NCBI GenBank assembly: GCA_050613775.1
Contig: JBODTK010000128.1
Location: forward strand, 124,001-188,000
DNA from: Neocallimastix sp. 'constans'
Taxonomy: Eukaryota
DNA length: 64,000 nt
Direction of reading: 5' to 3'
In this document: positions 47,166 to 60,790 of the stretch, one piece after another
Position numbering within the stretch: the first letter of the stretch is position 1
Layout: every line of letters starts with the position of its first letter
The notes under the pieces: generated by a model
Told to the model about the DNA's origin: nothing
What the model saw: the letters and a program-made list of their open reading frames with translations, nothing else
Database searches by the model: none
Program-made: the position numbers and the translations under genes

Positions 47166-49275
47166 TTATTTTATTTTATTTTATTTTATTTTATTTTATT
47201 TTATTTTATTTTATTTTATTTTATTTTATTTTATTTTATTTTATTTTTGTTGTTGATTGTTTATCTGTTTTCTTCTGTTTAACGTTTTCAAAAAGTAGAA
47301 ACTATAAGTATAATTTCTATAAATTTTATTTTAGTTAATATATATTATAAAATTCCTTAAAGTTGAAATAATATTTCATATAATTGTATATAAAAATTTT
47401 AAAATAAAAAGGTAAAAAGATAAAAATAATAAAAAATGAAAATAATTTTATATTCTAATTAATATATATTTTTAATGATTTATAGTTCTTTTTGTAATTA
47501 TAATTATATAATTATAATTATTTTACTATATTTTAGAAATAATTATTTATAAAATATAGTATAATAATTAAGTATTAAAAAAATATTAAAATAATTTATA
47601 ATTTTATTTTATTTTATTTTATTTTATTTCAATTAAAACAGGATGGTAATTTTCAAATTTTTAACAAAATAGAATTATTTAGAATTATTTTATTATAATA
47701 TGAATTTTTATAAATCGATAATCCTAATCCTAAATGTTACAAATTATATATACATATATATTTTCTAAATAATATATTCATAAAAAAAATATTATAAAAT
47801 TATTATTAATTCATAAATAAAATATTATTAAATTATTATATAATTTTCCATATTATATTTTCCTCTTTAAATATATATATATATATATAAAATATAAATA
47901 ATTAATGAAAAGAAAAGTATCCTCATTTTATTAATTGATAATAATTATTATATTAATATAAAAAATATAACAAATATAAAAATTTAAATAATACATGATG
48001 TTGGAATTATTATAAAATAATACTAATAAAAAATATTTATATATTTATATAAAAGTAATTATTTTATTTATATTACCTTTTTGTCTATTTAAAAAAAAAT
48101 TACAATAATAATAATAATAATAATAATAATAATTAAGCATAAGAAAAATAAAATAATAATAATAAAAAAATATAAAAACAAAAGAAAAAAACAAAACAAA
48201 ACAAAAAAAAGCTATTTTAAATTTTCAATTTATATATAAAGTCATTAAAATTGGATGAGAGCGATAGCTTCAGTAAAAAAAAAAAATAGTTTTTTTATAT
48301 AATTTTTATATTATTTAAAGTTTTAAAGTTTAATTTTATATTTTTTCTAAAGAATATTTTCCAAGTTTTTTTTTCTATTTTTATTAAAATATTATAATTC
48401 CATAATTAATAAATTATTGCGATTTTCATTGATATACATATGAATTTTTATTTTTATTATATAAAAAAAGCTTCATTTTTCATTTTTGCATTATATTATT
48501 TTGAAGTTAATGATATCTTAAATAAGTAAATATATAAATTTATATATATATATAATTTTTTTTTTTTGTTTTTATTTTAATAATTTATTATTATTTTTTT
48601 TATATAATAATTATAATAATTATAATTATATATGAATAACTATAAAGTTATTAAAATTATGTGTTACCTTATCATTTTTCTTAATTTTTTTATCTTTTCA
48701 ATAGATAAATAAAGAAAAAGATAAACAAATTTTAATAAATTTATGTAGCACAGATCTTCATATTATAAATATTAATTAATTATTGAAATGGATACAATCA
48801 TTCCTTTTTATTCATCTTTTTTAATATGCATTTATTAAATTTTTTTTTTTTTTATTATCTTTTATTTTTTTATTATCTTTTATTTTTTTATTATCTTTTA
48901 TTTTTTATTATCGTTTATTTTTTATTATCTTTTATTTTTTATTATCTTTTATTTTTTTTTTTTTATTATTTACTCCAAAAAAATATTATTACTTAAAAAT
49001 TTTTAAAATTTTAAAATAAACTAATATTGAATAAAATGAAATGAAATATTATAAATATTTCTTTAATTGAAAAAAAATATTTTACTATAATTTGTATTAA
49101 ATATATAAAAATTTTAATTATAAATAAATATTATTAAATTGCAAATATAATACAATAAAATAAATTATACTTTATATAAATATTGTTTTCATGTCATATT
49201 TCATAGTTTATATCTCTATATATTTTTATATATGAATTTCTATAATAAATATTTTACCTATCAAAATGAATATAT

Positions 49276-49308
<33 letters not shown>

Positions 49309-49807
49309 TTTTGTTTTATATGTTTTATAATTATTATAATTATTACACAAAACTTTTTATATAAATAATTAAAAAAATTTTTTAAAGTACAATGACCCTG
49401 AATAAGTTTATATATGTATTTTATATATATATATATTAATAATTACTCAAAAAAAAAAAAAAAAAAAAGATTATAAATTTTTAATAATAGATAATAATTA
49501 AAGTTTATTCTTTATATAATTGTTTTTTTTGTATTTTATTTATTTATTTATTTATTTATTTTTGTATTATTTAATATGTATTTTTTTTTTTTTTTGTAAT
49601 ATTTATTTTTCTTTTTTATACTAAAATAACCATTTTTGGTTATTTTCATGAAAATTTCAATATTATTTTACTAATAAGGAAGGAAGGAAGGAATTATTAT
49701 TCGTTCAAAGGTTTTATATAATTTTATTAAAGTTTTTATAGGCTCTAAATAATAAGTGGATTTTTTTTTTTTTTTTTTTTTTAGAATTAATCATATAAAT
49801 ATGCAAT

Positions 49808-49851
<44 letters not shown>

Positions 49852-50192
49852 AATATAATTTATTTTTTTAATTTAATATTTATTTAATTTTTTTTTTAAA
49901 AAAAATAAAATAACTAAATAAATAAATAAAAAAAAGTATATTAAACAATACTTTAATTATTTATTTAAAACTAGTAGGGATATATAGAATAGTATTAAAA
50001 AATAATTTATATATATATATTATATATTTCTATTAATATATTTAATTTACTAAATATAATAAGCATATACGTAATAGATAATAAAACTAAAAAATAAAAT
50101 ATAATAAAATATAAAATAATAGAAAAAAAAAATAGAATATAAATAAATTAGTAATAAAATAAATAAATAACTAAATAAATAAATAATAAAAA

Positions 50193-52196
50193 ATGAAATA
50201 TAATAAATTATTTTCTGCTTTAAGTTCATTAATTATTTTTTTAGCTAAAGCTAATGCCTCAAGAGGTGATTTCTATGGGGAAAATGATAATCGTCCAGAA
50301 TTATTTAAAATTTTAGATGATCATGTTGGTACTATTAAAATTAATTTAGATGAAGAAACATGGACAACCATGAAAGAAAAAACTCAATTAGCCCCTTGGA
50401 ATGCCGGATCAATTGGTGAAAAGTTCAGTACTGAAAATGCCACTATGGTATTTGAGGTAGAAGGAACAGAATACAAGGTTGAATTACAACCAGGTGAATT
50501 TAAATTTAGTCTTTCTGGTAAGTTTAGTCGTAACTTTGTTAAACCAGGTTACAATATTAAACTTAAGAAAGGTGATATATATGATGTAAAATTACTTCGT
50601 CTTCGTTCTAATATTCGTGATGTATCTTTAATGCGTGAAAAGCTTTCTAGCGATATTCTCTATAAGATGGGAGTTCCAACAACATCCACTAATTATGTTA
50701 ATGTTGAAGTTAATAATGAAAATCTTGGTATTTACATTCTTACAAATAAAATCAAGAAAGATTTTATTAAGAGATATTTTAATGAAAGTAGTACTAATAA
50801 TCTCTATGAATGTGAAAAGGATTATTCAAGATTTGAAGATAATACCATTGTTGAAAATTGTGATAATATTAAGGATGAACTTGTTGATAAAAAGGATGAT
50901 ATTCAAAATTTAGTAGATGCGGTTAATAATGCTAAAACTGTTGAAGATATCAGAGATATTATTGATGTTGATGCCGTCTTAAAGTCATTTGCTTTTGAAT
51001 TTGTTACCTTATCTTGGGATCATTTCTTCCTTCTCAGTCATAATTACTTCTGGTATAAGAAACCTGATGATGGTAAGTGGATGATGCTTCTTAATGATTT
51101 TGATGAAACATTTGCTCAAGATATTTGGCCAAGTTATTTCACGGATGAAAGCATCTACTACAGTAAGCCATATATTCCAGATCTTGAAACAATTAATTTA
51201 CCAAACTTATCAGTTCGTGATTTAGAAGCTGGTCATAAACTTACTAAGTTACTTATTTTAGATGATGATACTCGTTTTCGTGAAATTGTTGCTGATGTTG
51301 TCAAGACCGTCTTTAATCCAAAAGTTCTTAATCCACGTATTGATGAAATTGCTGATTTAATTCGTGACGATGTTGCTGCCAGTCGTCAATTTGTTGGTGA
51401 TACTGGTCGTTACGCTGGTTGTATTAATGCTCTCGGTTTTGATCCAAAATGGAATATGACTCACTTTGAAGATGGTATTAATTATGTTAGTTGGGTTGCC
51501 AATCCAAACCACTCTCGTAGTTATGCTTTAAAATTCTTCATTGAAGAACGTTTCAGATACCTCTGTCATACCTATGCTATTGATCCAGAAACTCTTGAAT
51601 TAATTCAACCTCGTCCGGTAGTCTCCTTCTGGGGTATTATCAATAAATATAAATTAAGTCATTCTGGTGATTTCTATAATGATGAACATGTAAGATTTAC
51701 CTTCCCAGATCTTGTAAAGGAACAATATATGCAAGAAGAATATAATGCTAATCCAGAAAAGAATAAGGAACCATCGGATTATCAATATTTACCAACTTAT
51801 CATGAATTACAAGAACAAAATTCTAATTCTACTCAACCTGCTGAACCAACTCAAACTTCCGAACCAATTCAATCCACTCCATCCTTATCTGAGCCAGTCA
51901 CTCCAACCCCAGAAGTTGCTAATCCTACTCCAGAAACTTGCTGGTCTGAAGAGTTAGGCTATCCATGCTGTACTTCATCATGTCATGTCTACAGTTTCGA
52001 TACTGATGGTCAATGGGGTTATGAAGACAATCACTGGTGTGGTATTCCATCTTCCTGTGATCAAGAAAAATGTTGGTCCAAAAAATTGGGATATAATTGT
52101 TGCCAAGGATGTCAAGCATATGAAGTTGATTCCAATGGAAAATGGGGATATGAAAACAATGAATGGTGTGGTATTATTGAAGAAAATTGTCAATAA
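50193..52196 (+). CDS. Secreted CotH-family kinase with two C-terminal fungal dockerin (CBM10-like) domains
   Basis: Signal peptide, CotH motifs (LSGKFSR...KPGYNIK, MREKLSSDI, WDHF..SHNYFWY, NDFDETF), a P/T/E linker, and two CWS..LGY.CC...D..G.WGYE...WCGI repeats. Intronless. Confidence 0.95.
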   Translation: MKYNKLFSALSSLIIFLAKANASRGDFYGENDNRPELFKILDDHVGTIKINLDEETWTTMKEKTQLAPWNAGSIGEKFSTENATMVFEVEGTEYKVELQPGEFKFSLSGKFSRNFVKPGYNIKLKKGDIYDVKLLRLRSNIRDVSLMREKLSSDILYKMGVPTTSTNYVNVEVNNENLGIYILTNKIKKDFIKRYFNESSTNNLYECEKDYSRFEDNTIVENCDNIKDELVDKKDDIQNLVDAVNNAKTVEDIRDIIDVDAVLKSFAFEFVTLSWDHFFLLSHNYFWYKKPDDGKWMMLLNDFDETFAQDIWPSYFTDESIYYSKPYIPDLETINLPNLSVRDLEAGHKLTKLLILDDDTRFREIVADVVKTVFNPKVLNPRIDEIADLIRDDVAASRQFVGDTGRYAGCINALGFDPKWNMTHFEDGINYVSWVANPNHSRSYALKFFIEERFRYLCHTYAIDPETLELIQPRPVVSFWGIINKYKLSHSGDFYNDEHVRFTFPDLVKEQYMQEEYNANPEKNKEPSDYQYLPTYHELQEQNSNSTQPAEPTQTSEPIQSTPSLSEPVTPTPEVANPTPETCWSEELGYPCCTSSCHVYSFDTDGQWGYEDNHWCGIPSSCDQEKCWSKKLGYNCCQGCQAYEVDSNGKWGYENNEWCGIIEENCQ

Positions 52197-52201
52197 GCTA
52201 A

Positions 52202-52232
<31 letters not shown>

Positions 52233-52657
52233 TTATTCATAATTAATGTATTGATTGCATTAAATTTAAAATAAATAAATAAATAAATATATATATATTA
52301 TTCATAATTATTGTATTAATTTGAATTTAAAAAAAAAAAAAAAATTACAAAAATTAATATATTATTAATAAAATAATTTTTAAAAATAAAATAAAATAGT
52401 TGAAAAATAAATACTTTATTTAATATATATAGATAGATGGAATTTAAAAAATAAATAGGTAGTAATAGCTATAATAGAAATATAAAATTTGAAAAAAAAA
52501 AAATAAATAAAGATTAAAAATAGATATAATAAGAATAATATCATGAAAAAATAAAAATAAAAATAAAAAAGATTAAAAAAAAAAAAAAAAATAAAAATAA
52601 AAATAAGAATAAAAAAAAAAAAAAATAAAAATATTTTTTATATAAAATTCAATATTT

Positions 52658-52688
<31 letters not shown>

Positions 52689-53683
52689 AGAAGAAGAGAT
52701 AAAAAAAAATAAAAATAAAAATAAAGTAATTACATAAAAAAGAAATAAATAGATAAATAATATTAATATAAAAAATTAAATTTATGTAATTTTGTGTTTT
52801 AAATTCTTATATATAATGAAATTGTATTATACGATTTGATCGATGAAGACAATAGTTGAAGCTTCCTTCTTAGCTTGGTAATTTGTGTGATTTCATTCAG
52901 AAAATAACCATAGAGTTTTCAGTATTTATCTTAATATTTATCTTAATATATACATATATTTATATATTTATGTATATATTATCTTTTTAATTCAATAATT
53001 TATTATTATTAAAAAAATATTATTAATAGCAATTAATTTAAAAAAAATTAAAAAAATTATCTGTAAAGTAATCTAGAAAATATAGAAAACATACATTATC
53101 CATTATACTACACTATTATTACTATATACATTAATATAAAACTTGAATGGTATAACATCTATACTACCAATAATATTAAAACATGTAATAGAATTAGTAA
53201 TATAACTATCATGTTAATATTGCAATCTTAAAATAAAAGTTTTTCTTATAATAAAAACGACATAATAAATAAATAAATAAATAATAAATAAATAAATAAA
53301 TAAAGTATTAAAACATAAAACCATTTTTATTTATACTTTGATTCCTAGTAATGGTGATTCAGAGGAATCTAGTAAAAAATAATAGATAATATTTCATATT
53401 TATTAATATATATATATATATTTTTTTCAACTTTAGAACTATATCTACCTCGTAAATTTTTAAGATTTTTTTTTTTTCTCGAATACCTCCATTAATGTTG
53501 TAGCATCCTAGTATATCTATCTATATTATTTTTTTTCTGGATTTTCTATTCTAATTTCATCATTTCTTTTTAAAATAATATTCTTGGTTTCATATTTTTT
53601 TTTTTTTAAGATTATTTAATGGATTTAATGGTTTTCGCTTCTAACTCTAACTTCTTTTCATCATGGGATTCATTTTTCCTTAC

Positions 53684-53738
<55 letters not shown>

Positions 53739-53951
53739 TTTATTTTTTATTTTTAGAATATCAAAGTTTAAAAATAATATTTATATTCATTCTTAACTTT
53801 TTTTTGACTATGATTTCTAGATTTTCTTTGAATCGTTCTTTATTTAAAGTGTGACGGTGAATTAGATTCACTTATAGAGTTTAATTCTGAATCCTCATTA
53901 ACAATTATATATTAATATATAATCATTAGCAACACTGTTAAAATCTCTAAT

Positions 53952-53993
<42 letters not shown>

Positions 53994-54599
53994 TCTTTAT
54001 CTAAAATTTTTTTTATTTTTTTTTACTAAATTCATTATATATATTATTACATGTATTTTCTAACTTCCTTATATTCAAGTAAAATGGTTTTCTTCATCTA
54101 TGACACCTTCGAATTTATAAAAATCTCCAGTTGTATTATTTTTTATTTTTTATTTTTTTTTTTTTGCATTTTCTGGATGCTCTTTCAAATTCTATTAAAT
54201 TTATCTTCTTCAAGGTCATTGATTTTTTCCTTTAATATAGTTGATCTATTATATCAGAATTCAATTTTTTTTTTTTTTTTAATTGCATTGGCATTATGTA
54301 ATTCCTTAGGTATCGATTGCTTATTGTCATTATAAAATTTGTCTATTCTAACCTCTTGTTTTTCAAATGTATATTTTGATAATTTTTTCATTTTCATTTT
54401 CATTTTCAAGATATCTAATATCTTCATCATTACAACATCAAAGCGACCTCTTATATATTCATTGAACTTTTTCTTACTTTCTTGATAAATTATTATTTAT
54501 ACTATTCAATGATTTTTTATTGTCTCTGTTTTTTCTCTTTCTGAATATTTTTTTTTTCAAAACCTTCATAATTTGTACTTTCTAATGTTTTTTTTTTTA

Positions 54600-55280
54600 T
54601 TTCTTTCTTTTATAAATTTTGCAGCTTCATCAACATGCTTCCCTTGTTGTGGTGAAAGCTATTAACCAAGTTTTTACACATTGAATACTATTATGTTCTG
54701 AATTTGAAGAATTTTAGACACGAATTCATTCAAATGTTGTTTGATGAAAATTTTTTAATAATTTTTTTCTCTGATTGTTCATGAGAAATTTTTAAAGCAC
54801 TCCTGATGATAATAATAATTTTTAAGGTACTGTGTCTCCTTCTTGGTGGAAATGTAATATATATAATATTAAAGACCAGTTCCAAGGGGGGAGAGGAAAT
54901 GAAGACATTTTATTAATAATATCCATTTCAATCACCTTTTAAGAGAGTCTTCTTTCCTGATTTCATACTTTGCGGGGAGGGAAGGAAAGCTTACAGAATT
55001 TCTTTTCAAATGTTATACCTATTGTGATTAATGATTAATGATTAGTGATTAGTGACTTTTTTATACTATTGATCAATTTGTATACCTTTTCAAACCTACC
55101 GTTATCAAGAGCGTCACGGGTCGAAAACGATAAGGTCAAAAAAAAAAAAGAAATTTCGATACAAAATTCGAATAATAATTTTTATCGACATGGAGTTATC
55201 ATCAAACGAATGGGAAAGAGTTAGAGGCCATTTCGTCTTCTAAACTTATAACCCAGTTTTTTAATATCAATGGATAAAAA
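54600..55280 (+). mobile_element. Decayed LINE 3' end, more divergent family member (copy C)
   Basis: Broken translation .PCCGES...FTH*ILLCSEFEEF and VLCLLLGG (ccttcttggtggaa shared with copies A and B). Confidence 0.55.
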
Positions 55281-58200
55281 TTTCATACATTTTATTTTCA
55301 TATAATTTTTATTTTATTTTTTTTTTCCCTATCTTATTAAATATTTATGGAATAAGTGATTACAATTCACATCAAAACACCATAATAACTTTAAAATTTA
55401 TTTTTTATTTTCATTGTATTACATTAATTATATTTTTTATAAGAATTTTATTGTTTGTAATAATTTTATTTTTTACTCTTTATATATATATATATATATG
55501 TATGTTTGTATGTATTAAGTATGTATATATATATATACTTTTTTTTTATCTTAATATCCATTTATTATAAATATTTTTCGAAAAGGAACTCTGTCTATTA
55601 AAAATACTATAGATATTATAATATATGGTAAAGAATAATATGGTTATTTATTTATTTATTTTTTTTTTAATATATCTTTAAATTAATAATAAAAATATTT
55701 TTTAATATTAATAATATTACTATAAATTTATTTAATCAATAAATTATTTGTTTAGATATTTCAACGAAGAAAATTAAAATATTTTCTTCGTTGAAATAGA
55801 TATAGAGACGAATATTTCAATGAACCAATGAAGAAATTATATATTTTTCATAAATTATATATATATATATTTTAACTCTATATTTTATAATATTAGAAAA
55901 AAAAAAAAAAAATACTTAATGAAACATATATCATTTCTTTTAAAATAATTCTTATTTCCTTAATGAAATGAAAATCCCTTATCTAGTTTTATCATATAAT
56001 AAAATATATAAATATGATTATTATATAATACATTGTGGCTTTTATACACTATTTATATTACAAAATGTTTCAATACATTTGAAGCCTATTTTTCATACAT
56101 TTCACATATTCTAACAAAAATAAAATTCAATGAAATAAATAATTTTTAAAGTTTTAAACTTTATTATATAGAATATAAATAAGTAAAAAAAAAAAAAAAA
56201 AAAGGAAAAAAGGAAAAAAAGCTTTAATAAATTACATAATATTTAAATTCATTATATATTTTTTTATATATAAAAAATTATGATAAATATCCTCAATTTA
56301 TTTATTTATTAACTAATTTAATTATTTATTATTTATTATTTATTATTTATTTATTATTTATTATTTATTATTTATTATTCAATTATTTATTATTTATTAT
56401 TTATTATTTATTTATTATTTATTATTTATTATTTATTATTTATTTATTATATATTATTTATTATTCAATTATTTAATATTAAATATTTAATATTTAAAGT
56501 ATCAATTTCCTTAACTCATTTATTTTAATTATTAGCTTTAAATAATAATTAGATTTGCTATCACAATTTTAATTCTAAATGGAAAAAAAAAAATAATTAT
56601 ATATATATAATATATATATAAATATAATAAAAACTATATTTAAAGAAAGATGTTAATAAATAAATAAATAAACTTAATAATTAATTGTGTTTTATACATT
56701 ACTATTTAAAATTTATATTTTTATTTATAATAAAATATTTAATAATTATTTAATAAAAAATTAATATAATTACTTAAAAAGAAATAATCACAAATAACAT
56801 ATTATCAGATATATCTTTATTTGTTTATTTATTACTTTTTATCTTTTATCTTTTATCTTTTATTTTTCATTAATTTGCAAATACAAAAAAAAAAAAAAAA
56901 TTTTTTTCATTATAGGTTTTACCCTTTATAAACATCTACAGATATAAGTAATATCTCACTACATGTTTTATTTCATATTCAAAGTTTATGTAAAATTAGT
57001 TTATTATTTTAAAAATTTTACTAAAGTTTATATATTTTTTAAATGTATATATATATATTTTTAAATATTATCTTTAGTAAACATTTGAATATATACAATA
57101 AAATTATTTTTTAAGTACATTGGAAGATCTTTTTTTTTTTTTTTTTTTTTTTTTACGGTAATTTTTTAAATGAAATCATAACTATTTATATATTTAAATA
57201 ATTTAATTTATTAATTATCTAATTTATAAAAAAATAAATCATGTAAATTATATTGTTTGGAAATAATAATAAAAATATTCAAGACAAGTCTTTTTTTTTT
57301 TATTTATTTATTTATTTATTTTCAATAATTTTCTTAATTATAGATCAACGTCATAAAGAAGTTTAGAAAGTTTATAGCACTAATACAGAAAAGAGTTTTA
57401 AAGGCACTTTTCATTCTTACTTCTTGTAGCTTTTTTTTTTAAAAAAAAAAAAAAAATCAATTGGACCAATGAAATTTTGAACTTATATTATTTTAATAGG
57501 CTTCAAGTAAATTTAATATTTAGTAATAATTTTATGTTTCAGGATATTCTAAAAAAAAAAAAAAAAATTTTTCCTTTAATAAAATATTAAAATAGGAGAA
57601 AAAAAGAAAAAGAAGAAAAAATAAATAAATAAATAAATAGGGAAAAAATAAATAGGGAAAAAAAAAATAGGGAAATTTTTTTTTTTTTTTTTTTAAAAAA
57701 AAATTATTATTAATAAATAAAAAATAATATATATTTTTCTTTTTTATTTGATTAATAATGGTTTATCATGAAAGATTATAATAAAAAAAAAAAACTTTAT
57801 AATTATAATATGGATATATTATAATAATAAATAATAATTTTTAATATTATTAGTAAAATTTATAGATAAGAATATATAGTATGAAAAATATAAATATAAA
57901 ACATATTTTATATTTGATATATATAAATGAATAAATTTTAAAAAGAGCAAATAAAACGTTTTATTATTAATTAAAGTTTATTAATATTTTTTATTTAAAA
58001 GTATTAATAGTTTTAAATAAATTTTAGGTAATAACAAAGATGAAAATGTTGGACAAAATTTATCTTATTTATTCTAAATATGGCTTGAAAATAATATAAT
58101 GAAATTATATTTTAACAATGAATTAAATAATGTATTTCAAATGCACATAACGAAATAATATAATTAATATTATAATCCTAAATATATTTCATCAACTTCA

Positions 58201-60047
58201 CATAATCAAACAATTAATAATAAATAAGTAAATAAATATATATATATATTTTTTTTTTGGAATATTAAAAAATAAAATAATTTCCTGAACACTTTTAATA
58301 AATAATTAAAATAACTGAATAATTAGTATTAATTTACTCAGAATAGATAAATAAATAATAAATAAGTAAATTATTTAATATTAATAACAAATAAATTAAT
58401 AATTTTTTTATTTTTAAAACATTGTTTGAAAACTTATATTTTTAGTTTAAATTTTAAGCATTTCAATCCATACTTTTTATTTTTATAATAATTTTAAATA
58501 TTAAATAGAGAATTACAAATATATACTATATATAATATTAATATATAGTATATAGAGTTTTTTGATACAAATAATATAGTTTAAAATTTTTTTTTTTTTT
58601 TTAGTTTCTTTATTATAATTTATTATTAATTTAATATAATAAAATATACCAAATATATAAAGTGCTCTGAAAATATTTTATTTAAATGTCTAAAAATATT
58701 TAAAATCTTATTGATTAATAACTCATTTACTTATTTATTATACTTAACTTATATATATATATATATATAAACATTAATATATTAAAGATTTTTAAAAGTC
58801 ATATTTTCCGAAATGAACTACATTCAATAAAATTATATATTTTATGTGTGTTTATTAACAAAATAAGATATGTATATTAAGCCTCTCTCTAATCAAAGCT
58901 AATATGTAAAGATATTCCCTATAGGTCGCTTTATACAACGGAGTTCTTTTCGGAGATCTCTTGAACCATCATCGAGGGAGGAACTACTACAATAATTCTC
59001 TTACAGATTAAGTATTTTCTGTACAAGCAATTATATAAGTCTAGCAACAGGAATATTTAACCATAGCAAAAGAACCAACCAACTTCCTTTAATAGAGAAA
59101 AACACACTGGGAGGATGAAAATCACCATAATAATAACTATTATATATATATAATTGTTATTATTATTTATTATTTATATGTTAATTGCACCATATTGAAA
59201 ATTATTAAATAAAGAACAAATATGAAATTATTGCAATGGCATATATAAAATTGGAAAACTTGTAAAATATCAATTGTTAAAATATTAAAGTACTTTATTA
59301 AAAAAAATAATTTGTTTTATAGGAAATTACTATAATTTAGAGAATTAGTTATAAATGAGAATATAATGTAATTATTTAGAAAAATGTTACTAATTAGCCA
59401 TAAAAATTAGCTAACAATAATTATAATTAAAGGTTACCAATAGACTTGTAAAATTAGAAATATAAATTTAATATGATTTATTAGAATTTTAGTATAGGTT
59501 TTTTACTAATTAACCTTTTAAAGATTAGAATTGTGAAAAAATAATTATTAAACTCTGATATTTAAAAATAAATATATTTTATTTAATCAGTTTTGATTAT
59601 TTTCTTATATTTTCTTTTGTTAATTACTTTTATCTAATCTATTGTATTAAATAAAATAAAATAAAAAAAAAAAAAAAGAAAATAATTAAAGTGGGAAACA
59701 TCAATATATTTCCTTCTTATTAAGATTTTTCTTTTTTTTTTTTTTTTTTTTTTTTTTTTCAAATAAATAATAACAAATAAAATTAAAAAATTTGAGAAAA
59801 TCATAATAAATTATTAATTAATTTTTTATTTTTTTTTATTAATTCTTTAAATTATTTTTAATATATTTAATATACTCTATTTCGATTGAAAGATTCTTTT
59901 TTTAGATATTCTAATTATTTAAACTACATTTGTAAAATATATTAAATTTCTTTATCATTTAAGATTATGATTAGATGGAGTGACCAATTCCAATACAAAC
60001 TTTTGATTGATTTTCTACCATATATTCATATATATATGTGAACTGTG

Positions 60048-60082
<35 letters not shown>

Positions 60083-60329
60083 ATTATCACTAAATAAATA
60101 TTATTAATATTAATTTTAGAAAGTACAAATGAATAATACAATAAAATACCAAAACGATATAGTTAATTTTTTTTTTTTTTTTTTTTTTATTTAACAATAT
60201 AAATTAATTTTATATGAAAAAGAAAAACAAAACAAGAGAATCTTTTATTTTTTTTCTTATTTTTGCATTTAACTATATAAATCAATTTAATATTAATTTA
60301 ATATTTATATTTATATTTGTATTCATAAA

Positions 60330-60706
60330 TGTTAGAAATAAAGTTTAATATATGAATATTATTCTTGTTATTAAACAAAATAACATATATAAATTTTATG
60401 TATAAATATTATAAATTATTAAGATATCAACTATTATATAAATTGTAATATGGCGCATGTATGACGTACATAAAACATTTATGTAATAACACATAAAATA
60501 TAATTGTGACATAATTAAAATTTATGTAGTAAAAATATATATAAAAAAGAATATTAAAAATAATTATTAAAAAGTAGTTAACTATAATTATAAATAAATA
60601 AATAAAATTATTAATAAAATAATAAATAAAATTTGAAATTACGAAATTTGAAGTGTGAATTCTAATAGATTAAGAGTCTCATTTTGAGCTTTAAAAATAT
60701 TTTACA
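60330..60706 (+). repeat. 5' LTR of the Copia element (3' boundary approximate)
   Basis: Starts TGTTAGAAATAAAGTTTAATATATG, matching the PPT-adjacent LTR at 36567(-). Candidate end ...tttaca at 60706. Confidence 0.6.
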
Positions 60707-60790
60707 ATATATTCAAAATAACAAAATTAGTATATTTAATTATTTTTTAAGAATTACAAGTTTTAATTATTTTTGAAATTTCAATTTAAA

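Noticed and set aside
50635..52242. Overlapping short ORFs within CotH (likewise within the reductase, receptor, gag and pol)
   Set aside because: Alternative-frame shadows of established CDSs.
52835..52865. cGATGAagacaatagttGAAg as a Penelope-type minimal hammerhead ribozyme
   Set aside because: The core deviates at both CUGANGA and GAAA, and no supporting stems or Penelope ORF were found.
53330..54520. Degraded coding-like sequence on the - strand
   Set aside because: Heavily interrupted, with no motif that could be assigned.
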